Part shown: positions 57,963 through 64,000 of the stretch, one piece after another
How the letters are laid out: each line of letters starts with the position of its first letter
Position numbering within the stretch: position 1 is the first letter of the stretch
Source: Acidobacteriota bacterium
GTDB lineage: Bacteria; Acidobacteriota; UBA4820; DSQY01
Length of the DNA: 64,000 nt
Direction of reading: 5' to 3'
Assembly: GCA_021778515.1 (NCBI GenBank)
Contig: JAJYCJ010000004.1
Coordinates: forward strand, 7,092 to 71,091
Made by a program: the position numbers and the translations under genes
Notes under the pieces: model-generated
Database searches by the model: none
The model's input: the letters and a program-made list of their open reading frames with translations, nothing else
Told to the model about the DNA's origin: nothing

Positions 57963-58039
57963 TGGAGCGGGCGACGGGATTCGAACCCGCGACCCTCAGC
58001 TTGGAAGGCTGATGCTCTACCAACTGAGCTACACCCGCC
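57963..58039 (-). tRNA. tRNA-Gly (anticodon TCC), CCA encoded
   Basis: Minus strand: ggcgggtgtagctcagttggtagagcatcagccttccaagctgagggtcgcgggttcgaatcccgtcgcccgctcca, with anticodon loop ctTCCaa. Confidence 0.9.
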
Positions 58040-58130
58040 TGACTCCTGAAACAGGGGACATGGAACCCGGAGCAAGAGGACGAACCTCTATTCCCGTCCC
58101 TTTATCCCTTGTCTCCGATCTCTTTCAAAG

Positions 58131-58219
<89 letters not shown>

Positions 58220-58288
58220 GTGGAGCTTTCAGGGTCACAACCCGGTTTCCGGTCAACATGGCCTAGCCGGGAATTCTCGCTTCCCGCC

Positions 58289-58363
58289 TGGAGCCGATGA
58301 GAGGACTTGAACCTCCAACCAACGGATTACAGATCCGCTGCTCTACCGTTGAGCTACATCGGC
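58289..58363 (-). tRNA. tRNA-Thr (anticodon TGT), CCA encoded
   Basis: Minus strand: gccgatgtagctcaacggtagagcagcggatctgtaatccgttggttggaggttcaagtcctctcatcggctcca, with anticodon loop tcTGTaa. Confidence 0.85.
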
Positions 58364-58522
58364 GTCTCCGCGGGTTCCCCCGCGAAAACCGATATAATCT
58401 ACCACAAAAGTTTGGACCGTGCAAGTGTGCAAGAACCACAGCGGGCCAAGAAGGCAGTTCACGAAAAATCGGGCCCCGGGGATTGCTCCCCGGGGCCCCT
58501 TTTGAAGATGCTTGGCCGAAAC

Positions 58523-61500
58523 CTAGAAGGTCCAGCGGATGGCCACGCGGATGCGTCGGGCCTGCTGGTGGGCGATTTCCTTCTTGAAGTTGGGGTCGGT
58601 CTGGTGGTCGGAAGTGTCGATCGTGTTATAGGTTTGGCTCACAGCCGTGGTCCGCTGTTCGTTGGTGACGTTGAAGATGTCGGCGCGAAGGGCCAGGTTG
58701 CTCTTCCAGAGCTTGAAACTGTACTGGGCGCCCAGGTCCACGGACCATATGGTGGGCGTCCGGCCGGCGGTGCCGCGGGGGGTGCAGAAGCCCTCGTCCG
58801 TGCCATACGCCGAGTCGGAGCCCAGCTTGGAGATGGGCGTGCCGCTGTACAGGGTGAAGTTGGTCGAGAGTTCCAGTGGGATGTTGTCGAAGAAGTAGCC
58901 GCCGAAGAGCTTTATAACGTGGGTGCGGTCGTTGGGCATGAGGCCGTAGCCGTTCACGAGCAGGGAGGGGATGTCGTACTTGGAGGTGATGTTCGGGTCG
59001 AGTTGACCGTTGTCGTTGGAGAAGAGGCCCTCGTAGTTGCCCTCCAGGCGCGAGAGCACGTACGAGCCCTGCATCATCCAGTTCTTGCTGAAGCGCTTGT
59101 CGGCCGTGATCTCCAACGCACGGTAGATGCGGACCGGCTTCGGGAACCTGTACCAGTAGTTCGGGTTGCCACCGGCGTCGGGAACCCAAACGTTGGTCCA
59201 CTGATCGGGGTTCGTGACGATGTAGGTCGTGGCGGCGTCCACCGAGATATCCTCGATGATGCGACCGAGGCTGCGGTAGACGGCCCGGACGCCCATGGAG
59301 AAGTCGGGCCGGATCTCGTACTGAAAACCGAGGATCCACTCCTCGTTGTAGGAGCCCTTCAGCTTGCCACCGTTGGGCCCGCCCTGGATCTTGGTGGGGT
59401 AGAGGCCGGCGATGTAATCCGAGCGCGACCATGACGACTTCCCCATATATCCCGTATACGGGATGGTTAGGCCGGGGTCTTCGTACCAGGCGAAATAGAA
59501 ATATTCGTCGGTCAGGGCGCGGACGGCCATGTCGTTGGGGATGCGTTCGTAGTACTGGCCATAGAAGCCGTAGAGCTTGCTCTTGTTGTTGTGGGCGATG
59601 TCCCACGTGAAGCCGATGCGTGGGGCCCACATATCGTTGATGTTGACGTGGCGGGCCTGGCCCGTGGAGTAGCCGTGGCCAGGGTAGAGGACACCAGGGT
59701 TGTTCGTGTCGTTGTTCATGCCGCTCATGTGGATCTGGTCGAGGCGGAGCCCCACCTTCAACATAAAGTAGTCGGTGATATTGAAGTTGTCCTGCACCCA
59801 GTAGGCCGTGTACGTCTGCTTGGTGTTCTTGGCATTGTTGTTCATGAAACCACGGGCCTGGTAGACGAAGGGGGAGCCGTTAGAGGTCGGAGCCCAGGTG
59901 TCGACCGGACGCCAGCGAACCCACGCGCCGCCCGAGGTAGCCTGCCCGTACCAGGGGTTTGGGATCCACCCGCCGAAGGTGCCGTCGAAAATCTGCGAGT
60001 GCTCGCCCATCAGGTTGGGACCGGTATAGTTGTAGTTCTGGTCGTAGTGGATGTTGTAGTACTGGGCACCGTAGCTCAATTCGTGCCGGCCGTAGAAGTT
60101 GAAGAGGTTGGTGGCCTTGAAGCGGAACTGGTCGTTGCGCTCGTGTTGGTAGGTGCGGTTCTGGGCGCCGTAGCTGGGGCGCCAGTCGGTGAGGTTCACC
60201 GGCCCGCCGGCTCCACTCGTGAAGGCCCCCGCCACCGGGATCACCTGATATCCGGTGTAGGTACCAGCCCCGTAGTAGTACCCGTAGGCGTAGTTGTCCA
60301 GGCCCGCGGCCAAGCTGGGGGTGGTGTCTTGCTGCACATCGCGGCGGGAGACCACCAACTCCGTGAAGAACTTGGGGGTCCAGATGGCGTTCCATTGGGC
60401 GCTCACGGCCCAGTTCTTGCTGGTCTGCTTCGTGGGGGAGGCGCCGGCGTTGCCGACCGGGTTGTTCAGCCAACGCTGGTAGTCGCGCTTGAAGTCGTCG
60501 CCGAAGAAGGAGGCGGAGAGCTTGTGGTTCTCGCTGATGTTCCAGGTGATCTTCAGGGCGTACTGCGGGTCCTTCTGGGTGTCCTTGTAGGTGTCGGCCC
60601 AGGAGGGTCCGAGGCGGTCGTTCAGCAGGACGTAGTTCTGGCCGGCGGTGGTCTTATAGCCGATGTCGGTCTTGTTGTAGTCGTAGGCAGCGAAAAACCA
60701 GAGCTTGTCCTTAAGGAAGTATCCGCCCAGGCTACCGCCCACGTCATACTGCTTGAACGTGGTCTGGTAGGTGGAGATGCCGGGGTTGTTGAGGCGGCGC
60801 TCCTTGGCGCCCAGGCCGTCGTCGAAGTAGTAAGCGAAGAGGCTGCCGTGGAATTCGTTGCCGCCGCTCTTCGTGATGGAGGATACTTGGCCACCCAGCA
60901 AAGCACCGTACTCGGCGTCCATGCCGCCGGTCTTGACCTCAGTGGCCTCGATGAAGTCGAAGTTCAGGGCTGAGTTGTTGGTGCCGTAGCCCGTGGACGT
61001 GACGTCGACACCATTGATGAGATAAGAGTTTTCGGCGGCCGACCCGCCAGCGATGGCCGGGCTGTTGTTGATATCCCGGTTGCCCGTGGGGCTGGGCGCC
61101 GAGGGCACCGCGCTAGGCGCAAGGAAAGCGATGTTGGAAGAGTTGCGTCCCAGCGGGATGGAGTTGATCATCCTGTCGGAGATGTTGGCGCCCACTTCGG
61201 TCTTTTTGCTGTCGATAAGGGGCGCTGCTGCCGTCACTACGATTTCGGTCTTACCCTGGCTCAGGGTAAAGGGCAGACTGATGGTCATGCCCAACGGTAC
61301 CTCGATCCCCTTGCGGATTATGGTGTTATAGCTGGGGGCCTCGACTTTGACTTCATAGTGCTTACCGACGGGTAGGAAGGGGATGATGTACTGTCCAGAC
61401 AGGTCCGTCGCTGTGCCCTGGAATCCCTGAAGGGCCGGGCCTGTGACCTGAATCGTGGCGCCGACGACCGGCTGGCCGGCCTCGTCCACCACCCTCCCTT

Positions 61501-61594
61501 GTAGTCCTCCACCCTGTGACTGCGCCCTGGCCGCCACCCCGGTGAGCCCAAGGATGAGCAAAACAAGGGCACTCCACTTGAGTGCATTCCTCAT
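58523..61594 (-). CDS. TonB-dependent outer-membrane receptor with an N-terminal carboxypeptidase-regulatory-like domain
   Basis: 1023 aa. Signal peptide, then QGRVVDEAGQPVVGATIQVTGP (CarbopepD_reg-like), a plug and a 22-strand barrel, and a C-terminal RIRVAIRWTF with terminal Phe. Confidence 0.85.
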   Translation of the reverse strand: MRNALKWSALVLLILGLTGVAARAQSQGGGLQGRVVDEAGQPVVGATIQVTGPALQGFQGTATDLSGQYIIPFLPVGKHYEVKVEAPSYNTIIRKGIEVPLGMTISLPFTLSQGKTEIVVTAAAPLIDSKKTEVGANISDRMINSIPLGRNSSNIAFLAPSAVPSAPSPTGNRDINNSPAIAGGSAAENSYLINGVDVTSTGYGTNNSALNFDFIEATEVKTGGMDAEYGALLGGQVSSITKSGGNEFHGSLFAYYFDDGLGAKERRLNNPGISTYQTTFKQYDVGGSLGGYFLKDKLWFFAAYDYNKTDIGYKTTAGQNYVLLNDRLGPSWADTYKDTQKDPQYALKITWNISENHKLSASFFGDDFKRDYQRWLNNPVGNAGASPTKQTSKNWAVSAQWNAIWTPKFFTELVVSRRDVQQDTTPSLAAGLDNYAYGYYYGAGTYTGYQVIPVAGAFTSGAGGPVNLTDWRPSYGAQNRTYQHERNDQFRFKATNLFNFYGRHELSYGAQYYNIHYDQNYNYTGPNLMGEHSQIFDGTFGGWIPNPWYGQATSGGAWVRWRPVDTWAPTSNGSPFVYQARGFMNNNAKNTKQTYTAYWVQDNFNITDYFMLKVGLRLDQIHMSGMNNDTNNPGVLYPGHGYSTGQARHVNINDMWAPRIGFTWDIAHNNKSKLYGFYGQYYERIPNDMAVRALTDEYFYFAWYEDPGLTIPYTGYMGKSSWSRSDYIAGLYPTKIQGGPNGGKLKGSYNEEWILGFQYEIRPDFSMGVRAVYRSLGRIIEDISVDAATTYIVTNPDQWTNVWVPDAGGNPNYWYRFPKPVRIYRALEITADKRFSKNWMMQGSYVLSRLEGNYEGLFSNDNGQLDPNITSKYDIPSLLVNGYGLMPNDRTHVIKLFGGYFFDNIPLELSTNFTLYSGTPISKLGSDSAYGTDEGFCTPRGTAGRTPTIWSVDLGAQYSFKLWKSNLALRADIFNVTNEQRTTAVSQTYNTIDTSDHQTDPNFKKEIAHQQARRIRVAIRWTF

Positions 61595-61710
61595 CTCTTC
61601 ACCTCCATAACCTCCGAGATTGCACTACCTTAGAAAAACACCCCTCTCTTGGGTACACCACCTCCTTTCGACTCAACGGCACTACCGTAACAAAGGAGTT
61701 TTGGCTGTGT

Positions 61711-61852
61711 CAAGTGCATCGAGAGACCCTATCCCTCGATGGGACATGGCCGTAGCGCCGAAAGGTAACCACCCAGTGATTTTCTGAAAAACCGATCTCT
61801 ACCCGCCAACGGATTGGGGGCCTCCGACCCCGGGCTTGATCCTGGGAGGAAA
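61711..61852 (-). promoter_or_regulatory. Conserved ~145-nt leader element (copy 2), upstream of the TonB-dependent receptor gene
   Basis: See the copy-1 entry at 19353-19495. About 75% identity, in the same orientation relative to the downstream gene. Confidence 0.45.
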
Positions 61853-62189
61853 CCCACAAGGGTAGGGCGGGGCCCAGAAGGGCTAGACGTCGATTCAGCA
61901 GGCTTGGCCTGCGCACCGGACGGCAAATACCTGGGCCCTCCCCGGCCTAGTGGCAAGGCCTTTCCTCCGTGAACCTGAACCTGGACTGAAGCCCCCCGCA
62001 TTTCCATCGCGGAATTTGGGAGAGAGGGAGACGGGGAAAGACAAGGCCTAAGGTTGGAATGGGGTGCGGCCACGAAGACGGTGGAGGGTGGAGGGGTTGG
62101 GGAATGGCCGTTTCCCCCAGAATTCCTTCGATTCGATGGTGGATGATGAATGAGAGGCGGAGCCCGCCGGGGTAGTGTCAACTTTCTTT

Positions 62190-63620
62190 CGCACTTTTTG
62201 TATCCATTGCTGGTCCATGGGCTCTCCTGCTTCCTGCGGCCCCCGCGGGGGCCGCAGGAAGACCCCTACGAGCTGACCTCGCTCACCTCAATGACCTGCT
62301 CCGCAAGACGCTTCATGTCCATATAGCGCCGTGATCCCCACGCAGTGCTCGCCACGTGCCTGAGCCTCGCGGCCACGAGCATGAGGGCCGAGTGACCGTC
62401 GGGGAAGGCCCCCACCACGCGGGTCCTTCGCCGGACCTCCCGCATGACCCGCCCCATGGGGTTGTTGGTCCACAACAACCGCCAGTGCTCACGCGGAAAG
62501 GCGTAAAAGCCGAAGGTCTCTTGGGCGCCTTCACGGACGATGTCTCCAGCCTTGGCGAGCTTCATGTCCTTCAGCTTCTGCGCCACGGCGTAGGCCTTCT
62601 CCAGCGCTTCCCTGGCCCTTTCCTGCGCGTGGATGGCCTTCAGCGTGGCGGCCACCTCTCTCACCCGGCCCTTGGGCACCATCGTGAATACGTTGCGATA
62701 GAAGTGCACTGCGCACCGCTGCCACTTCGCCTCGGGAAAGTTCCCGCCCAGCGACTCGACCAAGCCAAGGCACTTGTCCGAGATCATCAGCTTCACGCCC
62801 GAGAGCCCGCGGCACAGCAGGTGCCTCAGGAAGCCCTCCCAACTCGCCTTGTCTTCCTTCGCACCCTCCGTCACGCCCAGGATCTCGCGGAAGCCCTCCT
62901 GGTTCACCCCGATGTCCACCAGCACCGCGACGTTCGCCACCTCGCCGCCCCAGCTCCGCTTGAGCCAGAGACCATCCAAGTAGACGTCGGGATACGCTCC
63001 CTCGATGGGCCGGTTGCGTCACGTCTCCATGCGTTCGTAGATTTTCTGATTGAGCCGGCTCACCGTGGACGGGCTGACCCGCGTTCCCCACAGGGCTTGC
63101 GTAATGTCTTCCACCCGCCGCACCGATACACCCGCCAGGTACATCTCGATCAGCGCTTCCTCGACCGAGCTCTCGCGGCGCTGGTACCGCCGGATGATCG
63201 CCGTCTCGAAGGGCAGGCTCCGAAGCTTGGGCACCTTCAGTGTTACCTGCCCCGCCTGCGTGTCCAGCTTGCGCGTGTAATGCCCCGCCCGTGTGTCCTT
63301 CCGCTCGTCTCGCCGCTCGTACCGGTTCGCCTGGCACAACGACGCCGCCTCGGCCTCCAGCAACCCGTTCAGCGTCTCTTCCACCGTGCCACGCACCAGT
63401 TCGCCCAACTCCGCACGGATCTTCCCCTGGTCGATCCGTACCAGTTCGCCGCCCTTCTCTTCGTCCCGCTCCATCTCCGCTCCTTCCCAGGGACTATCTT
63501 GGTCCCCTGTAACAACAGCAGTTACGAAAGTGCGAAAGATGGGGTACGTTATCCTGTCGATAAACATCCTTGGGGCTGCGGATAAAGAACAAAGACCAGC
63601 TACAGGGATGCGGCGACTGT
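62190..63620 (-). mobile_element. IS256-family insertion sequence (boundaries approximate)
   Basis: It contains a complete IS256/mutator-type transposase reading frame (62266-63567) inserted between two TonB-dependent receptor genes. A perfect palindrome cttcctgcggcccccgcgggggccgcaggaag (62228-62262) lies at the transposase 3' side. The terminal inverted repeats could not be delimited confidently by eye. Confidence 0.65.
62266..63567 (-). pseudogene. IS256-family transposase interrupted by a single in-frame TGA (63019-63021)
   Basis: Table ORFs 63019..63567 (N-terminal half, ...NQKIYERMET*) and 62266..62979 (C-terminal half, from LDGLWLKRSW) are in the same frame. Reading through the TGA gives ...ERMET-*-RNRPIEGAYPDVYLDGLWLKRSWGGEV..., matching the conserved IS256 segment where the stop replaces the Trp in WRNRPIE (TGG to TGA). 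Confidence 0.75.
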
Positions 63621-63644
63621 ATAAGTGGGCGATCTCGCGGGCCC

Positions 63645-63682
63645 ACCAAAAAAAGGGGGCCCCGGTGGAAGCCGGGGCCCCG
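63645..63682 (-). terminator. Rho-independent terminator downstream of the partial TonB-dependent receptor gene
   Basis: Minus strand: ggggccccggcttccaccggggcccc followed by cttttttt. Confidence 0.65.
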
Positions 63683-63709
63683 ATGAAACGCTCTTACAGA
63701 GGAACGGGG

Positions 63710-64000
63710 TCAGAAGCTCACTTTGACGCCCACGCGAGCGTACCTCGGCGCTTGGCGGGCCGTGGTCTTACCCCAGTTGGAATCGGGGGTGAGGTTGCCA
63801 GAGAGAACATCGGAGACGTAATTGGGAGTGATGTAAGCCGCCGAATAGTAGCTCGTTTGCCATTGGTTGTTGGTGAGGTTGAAGATATCGGCAAAGAGGG
63901 CAAATTCCGTGCACCACACTTTGAAGTCGTACTCGGCGTGTACATCCAGGGTCCAGGTACTGGGCATTCTGGTGGCCGAAGTCCTGGGCTGCATCATGAG
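63710..64000 (-). CDS. TonB-dependent receptor, C-terminal fragment (gene continues beyond the window end)
   Basis: C-terminal barrel strands ending ...RYARVGVKVSF with terminal Phe. The motif ALFADIFNLTNNQ parallels ALRADIFNVTNEQ in the receptor at 58523-61594. Confidence 0.6.
   Translation of the reverse strand, partial: LMMQPRTSATRMPSTWTLDVHAEYDFKVWCTEFALFADIFNLTNNQWQTSYYSAAYITPNYVSDVLSGNLTPDSNWGKTTARQAPRYARVGVKVSF

Noticed and set aside
58307-60973. Plus-strand ORFs 58307..59434 and 59591..60973
   Set aside because: They are antisense to the TonB-dependent receptor gene.
63019-63021. The in-frame TGA in the IS256 transposase as a second selenocysteine site
   Set aside because: The position corresponds to a conserved Trp (TGG) in IS256 transposases. 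A single G-to-A transition explains it, there is no SECIS-like context, and Trx-fold logic does not apply.

Overview
This is a 64 kb, high-GC (~67%) bacterial chromosomal segment. The TonB-dependent receptors with a carboxypeptidase-regulatory-like N-terminus and the fact that every tRNA encodes its own CCA end suggest an Acidobacteria-like lineage; this is an inference, not a verified placement.

The conserved backbone on the minus strand is the classic array tRNA-Thr(TGT)/tRNA-Tyr/tRNA-Gly/tRNA-Thr(GGT), tuf, rpmG, tRNA-Trp, secE, nusG, rplK-rplA-rplJ-rplL, rpoB-rpoC. Other recognisable housekeeping blocks are dprA-topA, lpxC, accD-folC, rpe, a YbgC-like thioesterase, bamD, an OPT transporter, an ABC-2 exporter, and pilT, pilD, a sensor kinase and comEC. 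There are two ECF sigma/anti-sigma modules and a polysaccharide-type cluster at the window start (manC fragment, UpxY-like NusG paralog, DegT aminotransferase).

Accessory content worth attention:
- A 1389-aa low-GC (~52%) STAND-like P-loop NTPase with an N-terminal PD-(D/E)xK-like motif, a candidate antiviral defence gene, sits in an island flanked by a 42-bp tandem repeat array and by a decayed duplicate of the 3' end of a threonine-aldolase gene.
- A Trx-TPR protein has an in-frame TGA exactly at the first Cys of its CxxC motif, making it a selenoprotein candidate.
- A ~145-nt conserved leader element is shared by that gene and a TonB-dependent receptor gene.
- Two inverted copies of a ~350-bp structured repeat lie downstream of pilT and rpoC.
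- An 8-bp GCGATTGA-type tandem repeat recurs at three intergenic sites.
- An IS256-family element carries a transposase broken by a single in-frame TGA.

No rRNA genes or CRISPR arrays were seen.
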